A stretch of 64,000 bases of DNA from an uncultured Solirubrobacterales bacterium (GTDB lineage Bacteria > Actinomycetota > Thermoleophilia > Solirubrobacterales > Solirubrobacteraceae). This document shows positions 31,057-41,119 of this stretch, piece by piece; the stretch's first letter is position 1, and each line of letters opens with the position of its first letter. The translations under genes and the position numbers were made by a program. A model generated the notes under the pieces. That model ran no database searches. It saw only the letters and a program-made list of their open reading frames with translations, and had not been told where the DNA came from. The stretch covers positions 19,585 through 83,584 of the forward strand of contig CAWBLR010000021.1 of NCBI GenBank assembly GCA_963789675.1, written 5' to 3'.

Positions 31057-31286
31057 CGGCCGAGCCCCGCTCGATCGCGCCGCGCCGCGCTACGTTGCGC
31101 GAACTCGGCCGCGCCGGGTAGAAGGTGCTGCGGGTCCCGCTTGGCGATCAGCTCATAGACCTCGATCTCGTACTCCGGGCTGATCGTGATCTGCGCGGCG
31201 TGCTCCAAGATCCACGCGAGCCGCTCGGCCCGCAGCGCGGCGAGGAATACAGGAAAGGGGATGTGAGACGATCGCGGACCCGACAC
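31053..31286 (-). CDS. Small hypothetical protein heading the mutagenesis operon
   Basis: 77-aa ORF with ATGA overlap on imuB; directly after the LexA box; start codon uncertain. Confidence 0.55.
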   Translation of the reverse strand: MSGPRSSHIPFPVFLAALRAERLAWILEHAAQITISPEYEIEVYELIAKRDPQHLLPGAAEFAQRSAARRDRAGLGR

Positions 31287-31299
31287 GAACGTATGTTCC
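31286..31299. promoter_or_regulatory. LexA (SOS) box, Gram-positive type
   Basis: cGAAC-gtat-GTTCc upstream of the imuB-dnaE2 operon. Confidence 0.85.
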
Positions 31300-31462
31300 C
31301 ACCGCTGTCAAATCGCGGCTGCGCCCGGTTTGGCCGTTTGGGGGCGACTTGTTGCCGCTCAGGCTAGTTGGACCTTTGAGCCGTAGTTTGGACCCGTAGT
31401 TGGCCATGTGACACGAACCAGGGCTTCGTGATGCGGCCGGCCGGGCTAGCTGAGCCCGATGG

Positions 31463-32011
<549 letters not shown>

Positions 32012-32465
32012 TTCGCAAGCGTACCGCCGCGAGCATGCGGTAGGCGACCGCGCGCAGATGCGGTCTGTGCTGCTCGAACCGTCAGGTTTTGCGGGTCGCG
32101 CGTGTCTTATGGGGTATGCACATCGTCTACATCGTGATCACGATCATGGCGGCGAGCCTGCCCGGCCTGCTCGAAGCGCCCGTCGCCGGTGGACGACCAA
32201 GCCGCTCACCACCCGCTACACTTAGGGTTACCTAACATGCTTCGTATTCGTCTTCATCGCCGCCCGCCGATCAACGGTCAAGCCGACCGGGGGTCGTCCT
32301 CGCGCAAGCGCGACACGGTCTCCCCTTCGGCTGCGGGTGTCACCAACTGCGGATACCGCTTGGAGGCCGCCGCCCGCCGCGCGGGGGTCGCATCGATGTT
32401 TGGACGCGAGAACCGCCACGCCTGATCTCCCCGGCTTGACCTCGGGGACGCTCGTCGTGCGGCAT

Positions 32466-32602
32466 CTAACCGCCAGCGGTGCGTGAGCGGCGGCCTTCCG
32501 GGTCGATCCCCCAGGAGACGATCCGTCGGGGATGTATCCGGATCGGCGGCTGGGGAGCCTCGATCGCCTCTGCTTGGCCGCGAATCTCGATTCCGCGGGG
32601 GG
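32466..32602 (-). pseudogene. C-terminal remnant of a PPOX-class F420-dependent oxidoreductase
   Basis: PRGIEIRGQAEAIE..IRIHPRRIVSWGID, with no N-terminus. Confidence 0.6.
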
Positions 32603-32950
32603 TCACGCCGCGTGCGCCGCTGAGCCCTGGCGCGCCGCGACGCGGTCGTAGTTCAGGCGCATCAGCTCGATCACGTCGCGAACATCGTCCTCGTTCTCGA
32701 TCTTTCGCGCGGCGGGGCCGTGCTTGTCCGGGAACACCGGGTGGGGCACGATCCGTCCCTGCGCTTTCAGCTGATCCCAGAGGAGCTCGGGGAAGAAGAA
32801 GTGCGCGGAGCGATCGCCATGCAGATGACCGATCTCGCGGCCACCCAGCTTGAACGCGAACTCGCCGCGGCGGCCCGGCCCCGCCTGTATGCCGGGCCAC
32901 GAGGTGACCTCGTCGGTGATCTGTTGGCTGGCTGTGGGTGTCTGGGTCAT
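32603..32950 (-). CDS. Luciferase-domain (DUF5519-like) protein
   Basis: EVTSWPGI..GREIGHLHG..PHPVFP..DVIELMRLNY; AGGAG RBS. Confidence 0.8.
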   Translation of the reverse strand: MTQTPTASQQITDEVTSWPGIQAGPGRRGEFAFKLGGREIGHLHGDRSAHFFFPELLWDQLKAQGRIVPHPVFPDKHGPAARKIENEDDVRDVIELMRLNYDRVAARQGSAAHAA

Positions 32951-32985
32951 GGTGTCTCCTGGACGCTCGAAGATTCGTGGCAACG

Positions 32986-33016
32986 ACACTACAAGTTCAA
33001 GTTAGGTTGAAGTCAA
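32986..33016 (-). promoter_or_regulatory. SoxR-type promoter with 19-bp spacer and SoxR box
   Basis: TTGACT-tcaacctaacttgaacttg(19 nt)-TAGTGT; dyad TTCAA..TTGAA resembles CCTCAAGTTAACTTGAGG. Confidence 0.85.
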
Positions 33017-33043
33017 GGGCCGGGTGTGATTTCCTGTCTGCCC

Positions 33044-33493
33044 GTGTCCAGCCTGCTCACGATCGGCGAGGTCTCCCGCCGCAGCGCGGTCGCGACCTCG
33101 GCGCTGCGTTTCTACGAGCAGCGGGGCATGATCAGCTCCGAGCGAGCCGGCTCCGGGCACCGCCGCTACCCGCGACCCGTACTGCGCCGCGTCGCGTTCA
33201 TCGTCTTCGCGCAACGCATCGGGCTGAGCCTCGAGGAGATCGGCACAGAGCTCGCAAAGCTCCCCTCCGATCGCGCACCCACCAAGCGCGACTGGACACG
33301 CCTGTCCAACGGCTGGAGCGCACGGATCGAGCAGCGGATCGCCGAGCTCGAGCGCCTCAAGGACGGCCTCACCGGCTGCATCGGCTGCGGCTGTTTGTCG
33401 CTCGATCGCTGCAAGCTCGCCAACCCCGAGGACCGCGCAGCGCGCCTCGGGCCCGGACCACGCTACTGGGTCGGCGACCGCCCGCTCGGCTGA
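33044..33493 (+). CDS. soxR: Redox-sensitive transcriptional activator SoxR
   Basis: LTIGEVSRRS.VATSALRFYE; [2Fe-2S] motif CIGCGCLSLDRC. Confidence 0.95.
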   Translation: MSSLLTIGEVSRRSAVATSALRFYEQRGMISSERAGSGHRRYPRPVLRRVAFIVFAQRIGLSLEEIGTELAKLPSDRAPTKRDWTRLSNGWSARIEQRIAELERLKDGLTGCIGCGCLSLDRCKLANPEDRAARLGPGPRYWVGDRPLG

Positions 33494-33564
33494 GCGAGAA
33501 CGGCGCTTGGCGGTGGCCCAGCTCTTCTCGCGCTTGGCGTTGGTCTTCGGCCGGTTTGGCGGTG

Positions 33565-34230
33565 TTAGTCGCGGGTCGCCGTGGCGTGGTGGTTGAGGCC
33601 GTGCTCGTAGGCGTAGATCACCGCTTGGACGCGGTCGCGTAGAGCGAGCTTGAGCAGGATTCGCTTGACGTGCGTCTTGACGGTTGACTCCTCGATCACG
33701 AGCGCGCCCGCGATCTCGGTGTTCGAGCAGCCGCGGGCGATCAGCTCGAGCACTTCGCGCTCGCGTGGCGTGAGCTCCTCGACCTCGACAGAGCCGAGGT
33801 CGGGGCCGGGCTGCCGGGCCATCCGGTCGACTACTCGTCGTGTTACCGAGGGTGAGAGCAACGACTCGCCGGTGGCGATCGTGTGTACTGCCGCGATCAG
33901 CTCCTCGGGCGGGGTGCGCTTGAGCAGAAAGCCGGAGGCCCCGGCACGGAGCGAGCCGAAGATGTAGTCGTCCTGCTCGAAGGTCGTCAGGATCAGGACC
34001 CTCACGGCCGGCGCGACGGTTGAGAGCTCGCGTGTCGCGGCGATCCCGTCGAGGTCTGGCATACGGACATCCATCAGCACGACATCGGGTCGCAGACGGC
34101 GGGCGCGGGCGATTGCCTCGCGTCCGGTCGACGCGTGTCCGACCACGTCGATCGTCGCGTCGCTGGAGAGGACGGCCGCGAGCCCGGCGCGCATCAGATC
34201 GTCATCGTCGACGATCAGCACCCGTGTCAT
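33565..34230 (-). CDS. NarL/LuxR response regulator
   Basis: VLIVDD, DVVLMDVRMP, LTPREREVL, TVKTHV. Confidence 0.95.
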   Translation of the reverse strand: MTRVLIVDDDDLMRAGLAAVLSSDATIDVVGHASTGREAIARARRLRPDVVLMDVRMPDLDGIAATRELSTVAPAVRVLILTTFEQDDYIFGSLRAGASGFLLKRTPPEELIAAVHTIATGESLLSPSVTRRVVDRMARQPGPDLGSVEVEELTPREREVLELIARGCSNTEIAGALVIEESTVKTHVKRILLKLALRDRVQAVIYAYEHGLNHHATATRD

Positions 34231-35450
34231 TGCGGTCGATCTCCGTAGGGGAGTTGGGTGTGGACGCGGAAGGCGCCGTCTTGAGGTTCGGCATCGAGAT
34301 TGCCACCAAGGAGCGCCGCCCGCTCGTGCATCCCGATCAGGCCGTGTCCGCCGTTGTAGGAGACCGCATCGCGGGCGAGCATGGGGTTTGTGACCGTCAG
34401 CTCGAGCGCCGACGCGGTGAAGGCGAGCCGCACCTGCGCGTTGGCGGTGCTCCCGTGGCGGGCGGCGTTGGTCAGCGCCTCCTGCAGGATCCGGTAGGCG
34501 GCCTGCTCGACGGCGCCGAGCAGCGGCCGTGGCTCGCCGTTGCTCACGACGGTCACGTCGAGTCCCGTCGCGGCGTGGTGTGCCACGAGCAGGCCAAGCG
34601 AGGCGAGGCCCGGTGGCGTCTCGACCTGCCCCTGCGGCGCGTCTCCCGCGCGCAGTGTGCGCACGATCTGGTCGATCTCGCCGACGGTCTGGCGCGCGAC
34701 GTCCTCGATCGCCTGTAGCGCCGCACGCGAACGGTCCGGGTCGCGCTCGAGCAGCAGGCGAGCGGCGCCGGCCTGGACGCCGATCACGTTGATCGCGTGG
34801 CCGGCGGAGTCGTGCAGATCACGGGCGATCCGGGCGCGCTCCTCGGCGGCCGCGAGGCGGCGCTCGCGTTCGGTTTCACGCTCGGCTTGCAGCGCGCGCT
34901 GCCGCAGCTCGGCGAGCTGCGCTCGACGCAGCCGTGTGCGCTCGCCGGCGAACCATGCGATCGTCCAGAGCAGGATCGCGGCCGCGAGCGCTGTGGTGGG
35001 GAACGTACCGCTGGCCAGCCCGACGGCCCCGACGTGGATCGCGAGCAGTGCGCCAACGATTGCTGTGGTTGCTCGCGTCCACGGCGACGTCTCATCGCGG
35101 CTCGCCGCGAGCAGGTACAGCGCGATCGTCGCGCCGAGCGGCGGGCCCGCCGCGTAGCCGGCGCCCATCAACGACGCGCTCACCGCCGTGCAGAGCACGA
35201 ACACACCCATCGGGTGCCGGCGCCACGCAAGCAGCGGCAGCGTGGCAGCACCCGCGAGGACGACGCCGAGGAGGTCGAGCTTGCGCGGATTCGCACTGGA
35301 GCCGGCGAGACCATGAGAGAGCAGCAGCAGCGTCCCGCCGAATGCCGCCACGGCGACCAGGACGTCAAGCGCCGTTGCCCGAGTAGGCCAGCGACGGCGG
35401 TGCCGGCCGGCCCTGAACCGTCCATCGGCCGTCGGCGCTGCAGAGACCAT
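34227..35450 (-). CDS. HisKA_3 membrane sensor kinase
   Basis: EERARIARDLHD; YRILQEALTNAARH; GHGLIGMHER; N-terminal TMs. Confidence 0.92.
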   Translation of the reverse strand: MVSAAPTADGRFRAGRHRRRWPTRATALDVLVAVAAFGGTLLLLSHGLAGSSANPRKLDLLGVVLAGAATLPLLAWRRHPMGVFVLCTAVSASLMGAGYAAGPPLGATIALYLLAASRDETSPWTRATTAIVGALLAIHVGAVGLASGTFPTTALAAAILLWTIAWFAGERTRLRRAQLAELRQRALQAERETERERRLAAAEERARIARDLHDSAGHAINVIGVQAGAARLLLERDPDRSRAALQAIEDVARQTVGEIDQIVRTLRAGDAPQGQVETPPGLASLGLLVAHHAATGLDVTVVSNGEPRPLLGAVEQAAYRILQEALTNAARHGSTANAQVRLAFTASALELTVTNPMLARDAVSYNGGHGLIGMHERAALLGGNLDAEPQDGAFRVHTQLPYGDRPQ

Positions 35451-35484
35451 GAGGTGAGCGTAGCGCCGCGCACGCGCGGGTTCG

Positions 35485-35550
35485 TCCCCCCACGGGAGGA
35501 CCTCTACTACCTCCCGATGGGGACCATGAGGTTCCTCCCCTGGAGGGACG
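35485..35550. promoter_or_regulatory. Repeated CCTCCC/GGAGG dyads between the TCS and its divergent target operon
   Basis: tcccccacgggagga, cctcccgatgggga, cctcccctggaggg; likely response-regulator sites (inference). Confidence 0.45.
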
Positions 35551-35631
35551 ACACACTCCAACGGGACCGCCAGGATCACAGTCATGCAAACGGCACAGGT
35601 CCTCCCAACCGCAGTCAATAGCCAGGGTGAG

Positions 35632-36009
35632 ATGTCCGCGAACCGCGGGATCGCGGCGCTGATGGCCTTCGAGGCCGCGACGCTCGCGATCATGTCGACA
35701 CTGCATCTGACCGCCGTGATTCACGGAGGCTCCAAGCCATTCAAGGCTGACGATGCCGGGATCGCCGAGGCGATCATCTGCGTCGTGCTCACCGGCGGCG
35801 CCGCCGCGCTCCTTCTTGCCGGCAGGCGGGGACGGTCGATCGCTCTCCGCGCGACCTGTTTTGCGGTCCTCGGGTTCATCGTCGGGCTGACGATCACCGT
35901 CCAGGGCGGCGGCGTGCTGGATGTCGTCTACCACGCAACGATGCTGCCCGTGCTGGCAGGCACCGCGATTCTGCTCGCGCGCAGCCGCGCAACCAGGCAG
36001 CAGAGCTGA
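35632..36009 (+). CDS. Four-TM membrane protein
   Basis: Hydrophobic ORF coupled to the MMPL gene (TGATG); start at 35584 or 35632. Confidence 0.75.
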   Translation: MSANRGIAALMAFEAATLAIMSTLHLTAVIHGGSKPFKADDAGIAEAIICVVLTGGAAALLLAGRRGRSIALRATCFAVLGFIVGLTITVQGGGVLDVVYHATMLPVLAGTAILLARSRATRQQS

Positions 36010-38186
36010 TGGCCGCGCACCCAGAAGCTCGCGAAGTTGCCCGGCTCAATGGTGCGATGGCGCGCATCACGCGGTTCGTGCTGCGCCACCGTCGCATCGT
36101 CGCCGCCTTCTGGCTAATCCTCCTGGTCGTCGGGATCGCTTCGGTCGGTTCAGCAACGAAATCCTTCAGCGACGAATACTCGGTGCCCGGCAGCGAAGCC
36201 TGGCAGACCAATACCGCGATCACGCGCACGTTCGGAAACGGCGGCGACGACGCGCCACTGGTGCCGGTCATCACACTCCCTGCCGGCACGAGCGTCGGCT
36301 CTCCCACAGTGAAGAGCGGGCTCGAGGCTGTCGAACGCCGGCTGGCGCAAACGGTTCCCGGCTCGCGGATCGCGTCCTATGCCAGTACCGGCGACCGCGC
36401 GTTCGTCTCGCGTGACGGACGTACCACGTTCCTGCTCGCCTATCCACCGCCGGAGCCCGGCAGCCCAGGCCTCCAGCAAGCCGCGACGGCAGCCCGCGCG
36501 GCGCTGCGCGGGGTGACTGTCGCGGGTAGCCCCGTGCATCTCAGCGGTCTCGCGGCGCTGTCGGCGTCCAGCTCGCAAAAGGGCGGGGTCGGCCTGCTCG
36601 CCGAGGGGCTGCTCGGCGGCCTGGGGGCGCTCGTCGTGCTGGCATTCGTGTTCGCGTCGCTGCTCGCGGTCGTGCCCCTCCTAATCGCCGTGATCTCGAT
36701 CATGACGAGCTTCCTGCTCGTCTGGGGCCTGACGGCAGTCACGCCGGTGTCCTCGATCGTCGGCTTTCTGATCGCCCTCGTGGGACTCGGTGTGGCGATC
36801 GACTACTCGCTTTTGATCGTCGTGCGCTGGCGCGAGGAGCGAGCCCATGGCCACGACGGCGAGGATGCGATCGTGCGTGCGATGGCGACCGCCGGGCGCG
36901 CCGTCGTGTTCAGCGGCACCACGGTCGGCATCGGGTTGCTCGCGCTGGTCGTGGTGCCCGTCCCGTTCATCAGCAGCGTCGGCTACGGGGGCCTGGTGAT
37001 CCCACTCGTGAGCGTCGCCGTCGCGGTGACGTTGCTGCCGATCATTCTGCTGAAGCTCGGGCGGCGGCTGGACTGGCCGCACGTCCGCAGCGATGACCGC
37101 GCCAGCCGCTCATGGACGCGCTGGGCGAAGCTCGTCGTCACCCGCCGTCGCAGCGCGGCCGCGATCGCCGTAGTCATCATCGCCGCGTTGGTCCTTGCCG
37201 CGACCTCGATCAATCTCGGTCCCGCAAACGGCAACCCGGACACGATCAGCCAGCGGGGAGAAGCCAGGCAGGGACTGCAAGCGCTGGAGCACGCCGGTAT
37301 CGGTGATGGTGTCCTCTCACCGATCGAGATCACGACGCGCCAAAGCAATCCCGCGCGGCTGCTGGCGGCACTGGACACCGTCGCGGGGGTGAACGGGGCC
37401 ACTGCCCCGGCGAGCGCGGCCTGGCACCAAGCTGGCACGACGCTCCTCGACGTCCTCCCAAGCAGTGAATCGAGCGCCACACTCGAACGTGTCCGCGACG
37501 CCGCGCACCGCTCGGGCCCTGACGTCCGTGTCGGCGGGATCCTCGCCCAGAACAGCGACTTCATCTCGGCCGTCTACGGCAGCTTCCCGTTGATGATCGC
37601 GTTCATCGCGCTGCTCACCTTCGTGCTGTTGGCGCGGGCGTTCGGATCGCTGCTGCTGCCCGCCAAGGCCGTCTTGTTGAACGTGGCAAGCGTCGGGGCG
37701 GCATGGGGTGTGCTGACGCTCGTCTGGCAGCATGGCTACGGCTCTGACGCGATCTGGGGGATCCCCGCCTCGGGATCGATCCCCTCATGGCTGCCGCTGA
37801 TCGTGTTCGCGTTCCTGTTCGGGCTATCGATGGACTACGAGGTCTTCATCCTCTCCAGGATCCGTGAAGAGTACGACGCGACCGGCTGCACCGACACCGC
37901 CGTCGTGCGCGGCATCGGCCGCACCGGACGGCTCGTGACAAGCGCCGCGCTGATCCTCTTCCTCGGCTTCGTCGCGATGGCCAGCGCACCCAGCACGAGC
38001 GTCAAGATGATCGCCACCGGCCTCGGCGCCGGAATCATCCTCGACGCGACAATCATCCGAGCGCTACTCGTACCCGCCGCGGTCGCGCTATTCGGACGCT
38101 GGAACTGGTGGCTACCACCCCGAGTTGCACGCGTCCTGCGCGTCGCACCGCACGTGAGGCCGGTCGGTGATCCCAGCCGAGCCTGA
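36009..38186 (+). CDS. MMPL/RND family transporter
   Basis: GLGVAIDYSLLIVVRWREE; FGLSMDYEVF; RTGRLVTSAALI; FGRWNWWLP. Confidence 0.95.
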   Translation: MAAHPEAREVARLNGAMARITRFVLRHRRIVAAFWLILLVVGIASVGSATKSFSDEYSVPGSEAWQTNTAITRTFGNGGDDAPLVPVITLPAGTSVGSPTVKSGLEAVERRLAQTVPGSRIASYASTGDRAFVSRDGRTTFLLAYPPPEPGSPGLQQAATAARAALRGVTVAGSPVHLSGLAALSASSSQKGGVGLLAEGLLGGLGALVVLAFVFASLLAVVPLLIAVISIMTSFLLVWGLTAVTPVSSIVGFLIALVGLGVAIDYSLLIVVRWREERAHGHDGEDAIVRAMATAGRAVVFSGTTVGIGLLALVVVPVPFISSVGYGGLVIPLVSVAVAVTLLPIILLKLGRRLDWPHVRSDDRASRSWTRWAKLVVTRRRSAAAIAVVIIAALVLAATSINLGPANGNPDTISQRGEARQGLQALEHAGIGDGVLSPIEITTRQSNPARLLAALDTVAGVNGATAPASAAWHQAGTTLLDVLPSSESSATLERVRDAAHRSGPDVRVGGILAQNSDFISAVYGSFPLMIAFIALLTFVLLARAFGSLLLPAKAVLLNVASVGAAWGVLTLVWQHGYGSDAIWGIPASGSIPSWLPLIVFAFLFGLSMDYEVFILSRIREEYDATGCTDTAVVRGIGRTGRLVTSAALILFLGFVAMASAPSTSVKMIATGLGAGIILDATIIRALLVPAAVALFGRWNWWLPPRVARVLRVAPHVRPVGDPSRA

Positions 38187-38361
38187 GCCAAGGGCGCCCT
38201 CTCGAGTTTGGGACCCAGCGCGGGCGCCTCGCGGCGCGCAGGTTTGGGGTACGTGCGGTCGGGGTAAAGTCGTGAGTGGGTCACGTTGCGTCTGCTCGGG
38301 GCAACGACGAGGAGAGCGCGAGGCTCGATTCCGGTTCGCCGCGATCGCGAGGCAGGAAAAA

Positions 38362-38981
38362 ATGGACTCAATCAGCTCGGAGAGCATTCTGGGGGCTGGG
38401 TCATTTCGCTGTCAACGCTGCGGGTACGTGCTCGTGCTCGCCTCCTCAGACACGCTCGCGGAGTGCCCGGGATGTGCGGGCCGGAGTTTCGTCCGAGCCT
38501 CGCTGTTCAGCAGCCGGGAATCACGCATCATTGGTCATGCAACTCGCATATCGACGATCCGATCGAGCCGAGAAGGCTCGCCACGATCAGAGACGGTCTC
38601 GAGGACCCGGGCGAGTATCTCGCGTTCAGCGAGGACCGCCACGAGAAAGTGCTGGCGCTCACCCGCGAATGGACCCGGATCGGACGCAGCCTGACCGGTG
38701 ATCTGCGCTTGGATGACCCGACAGTCTCACGCCGGCACGCGCTGCTGGGGCGTCAACCAGATGGCGTGCGTCTGCTCGACGATCGCAGCCTCAACGGGGT
38801 GTTCGTAAACGGCGAGCGCGTGGAGTGGACGATCTTGGGAGACGGCGATGAGATCGAGATCGGCCGCTACAGGCTGAACTTCATCAGCCTCGCTCCCGAC
38901 GCCAAGCGGTTCAGAGCGCGATCCGGGTCCCGTCCTCGGGGACGGCTCGCGAGCGGCCGCATTCCTCTCCCGCGCCGGTAA
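38362..38981 (+). CDS. Zn-ribbon + FHA domain protein (frameshift near 38545)
   Basis: FRCQRCG..CPGC in one frame; IGRS..VSRRHA..SLNGVFVNG in another. Confidence 0.8.
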
Positions 38982-39005
38982 GCAGAAACGACGGCACAGC
39001 GTCCC

Positions 39006-39425
39006 TCATGGCTCCGAGCCAGGGCGCTTAGAAAGCGTGGCCTCTTGGCGGCTGGGCTCGAACAGCTCGACCGGATTGCCTGAAGGGTCCTCGAGCAGAA
39101 TCTGCTTGCCGCCGACTCCGGTCACGATCTCATTGCGGAAATGCACGCCAGCTTTGTGCAGTACCTCGACCTCGGCGGCGAGGTCGGAGCTCTCGAGCTG
39201 GAAGCGATTCCAGCCTCCGGGTGCGGGCATAGTCCCGTCGGGCATCGCTCCTCCGCCGCCGCCTGCCCCACTGGGTGCGCTGAGGACGAGACGCAGATCG
39301 CCCCGGGAGAGCATCGCGAACGTGGGAGCCGGGTGCATCTCCTCGTCGAAGCCGAGATGCTCGCAGTAGAAGGTGATCGCGGCATCGACGTCGTTGACGA
39401 TGTAGCGGACGCTGACTGTAGCCAT
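39006..39425 (-). CDS. VOC/glyoxalase family protein
   Basis: VRYIVNDVDAAITFY; PGGWNRF; LLEDPSGNPVELF. Confidence 0.92.
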   Translation of the reverse strand: MATVSVRYIVNDVDAAITFYCEHLGFDEEMHPAPTFAMLSRGDLRLVLSAPSGAGGGGGAMPDGTMPAPGGWNRFQLESSDLAAEVEVLHKAGVHFRNEIVTGVGGKQILLEDPSGNPVELFEPSRQEATLSKRPGSEP

Positions 39426-39534
39426 CTGGTGTCCTTCCTCGTTCCTATGTGTAGAGCTCAGGGTCGCGCTCGTCGACCTGAACAACGGTCCCGTCAGGGG
39501 GACGAAATGTATCGGCCTAAGCCGGGCCTAAGCC

Positions 39535-39708
39535 TCACTGCAATTGTCCTTGTCCCAGATGATCGAGATGGGCAAGGAGAGCATCCTCGACCAGACGCGA
39601 CAACGACACCGCCTCATCGACAGCGGCGTGCTTCGCGCGCCGGATGAGCGCCGGCGGCAGATACACATTGAACTGCTGCTTCTCTGCGGCCACTTCGTCA
39701 TCCGCCAT
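39535..39708 (-). CDS. CopG/ribbon-helix-helix protein (57 aa, absent from ORF track)
   Basis: MADDEVAAEKQQFNVYLPPALIRRAKHAAVDEAVSLSRLVEDALLAHL..; tgctagcaagctag operator-like motif at 39716-39729. Confidence 0.85.
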   Translation of the reverse strand: MADDEVAAEKQQFNVYLPPALIRRAKHAAVDEAVSLSRLVEDALLAHLDHLGQGQLQ

Positions 39709-39872
39709 GCTCGTATGCTAGCAAGCTAGTGTAAGAGATCGACGCGCGGCCAGCTCAGAGGACCGCCCATCCATCGGTCACATTCCCCCTTGGCGTCGTC
39801 TCCCAGCAAGTAGACCCGCCAAACCCGAGAGACGGGACGAGACGCTCGTCCTGTCCGACGGCGGCGCTCGGG

Positions 39873-40232
39873 CTATGGGAGCTGTTGGATGATGTCGAGC
39901 AGCTCCGCTCGGCTGTAGCCGCTCTCGCGGCCGAGCTTGACGAGCTCGATCGCCTTGGAGAGCAGCGCGCCGCGCTGGGGTGTGCCGCTGACACGGATCC
40001 CGTGGCCCGGTCGGAGCTCGAGCAGTCCTTCGTCGCGCAGGAGCCGCAGGGCGCGTAGCAGGGTGTTGGTGTTGACGTGCATGACGGCGGCGAGGTGGCG
40101 GGCGGGCGGGAGGCGCTCGCCCGGCTTTGCCTCGCCCTCGGCGATCGCGCGGCGGATCTGCGCGGCGACCTGGTCGTGCAACAGGGCCGGGTCCTCACGG
40201 TCGATCTTGACATCGATCATTGTGCTATTCAT
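39873..40232 (-). CDS. GntR (YtrA-type) regulator
   Basis: LHDQVAAQIRRAI..PGERLP..LA..VNTNT..LRDEGLL. Confidence 0.9.
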   Translation of the reverse strand: MNSTMIDVKIDREDPALLHDQVAAQIRRAIAEGEAKPGERLPPARHLAAVMHVNTNTLLRALRLLRDEGLLELRPGHGIRVSGTPQRGALLSKAIELVKLGRESGYSRAELLDIIQQLP

Positions 40233-40270
40233 AGTAGCTCAATGGTGCCGGTGTCCACTCCTCACATCCG

Positions 40271-41119
40271 ATGACGATCGCCCTCGAGCCGCCTCCCGTC
40301 AAGACGCCAGAGGACGGGGTGATCGAAGAGGCACGAGCGCGCCAGCGCCGCCACCGAGCCCTCGCCGCAGCGGCGACCGTCGCCGGGCTCGCGATCGCGG
40401 CGCTTCTCTTCGCCTTTGTCGGCGGCGGTGGCGGCTCACACGGCGCGGGCGCGGTTGCATCTGCTGGAGGACCGTCGGCGAAGACCGCCCGATCGTCCTC
40501 CACATCGTGCCTATCCAGCGGCAGAACCCTGCAGGGACCGCCCAGCAAGTCACTGCTCTCGATCCTCGGCGTCCTGCGCAGGCCCGCCACCGCGGCCGAC
40601 GCGATCCCCCAACAACTCGCCGGCCAGGGGCTCACGCGCGACGTGTTCGTCCATTACATCCGCCGCACCCGGGTGATCGACGGCAGCCCCTACTACATTT
40701 ACCCCGCAATCGTCGGAGGCTGCGGCGTGGAGAGGCAGCGCGAGGGGATCATGGAGCTCGCCACGCACATCGACCTGGGCGGCGGCGCGATCGGCGGCAC
40801 CGGAGGCGGCGGCGCTAACGCCGCGGCCATCGAGCAGGGCCGGTCCGTCGGATCAGGTCCACCGGGCTCCGCCACGAGCACGACGATCACGATGATCGTG
40901 CCGGACGGTGTCGCGAATGTCACGCTGCACTTCCCCGCCGGCCGAGCCAGCGGCTACAGCCCGAAGATCTCGCCACCCGTCACGATCTCGAGCAAGCCGG
41001 TTGGCAACGAGCTCGTCGTCAGAATTCCGCGCAGCCACATCCCGGAATCGGATCCGGGGCTCAGGATGATCTGGCGAGCCGGTAACGGCCGCATCCTCAA
41101 GACGTTCGACAGGCTCTAG
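40271..41119 (+). CDS. Membrane-anchored extracytoplasmic hypothetical protein
   Basis: IEEARARQRRHR then TM; LLSILGVLRRPAT; IVPDGVANV. Confidence 0.75.
   Translation: MTIALEPPPVKTPEDGVIEEARARQRRHRALAAAATVAGLAIAALLFAFVGGGGGSHGAGAVASAGGPSAKTARSSSTSCLSSGRTLQGPPSKSLLSILGVLRRPATAADAIPQQLAGQGLTRDVFVHYIRRTRVIDGSPYYIYPAIVGGCGVERQREGIMELATHIDLGGGAIGGTGGGGANAAAIEQGRSVGSGPPGSATSTTITMIVPDGVANVTLHFPAGRASGYSPKISPPVTISSKPVGNELVVRIPRSHIPESDPGLRMIWRAGNGRILKTFDRL

Noticed and set aside
29862-31158. Long antisense/alternate-frame ORFs (also 8019..9284, 12718..13947, 41314..42603 and others)
   Set aside because: Arg/Pro/Ala-rich shadows of real genes in high-GC DNA with no motifs
31287-31312. TTGACA..TACGTT as a sigma70 or PafBC-type promoter
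   Set aside because: The 12-nt spacer is too short for sigma70 and the spacing is one off the RecA-NDp pattern; only the LexA box is retained
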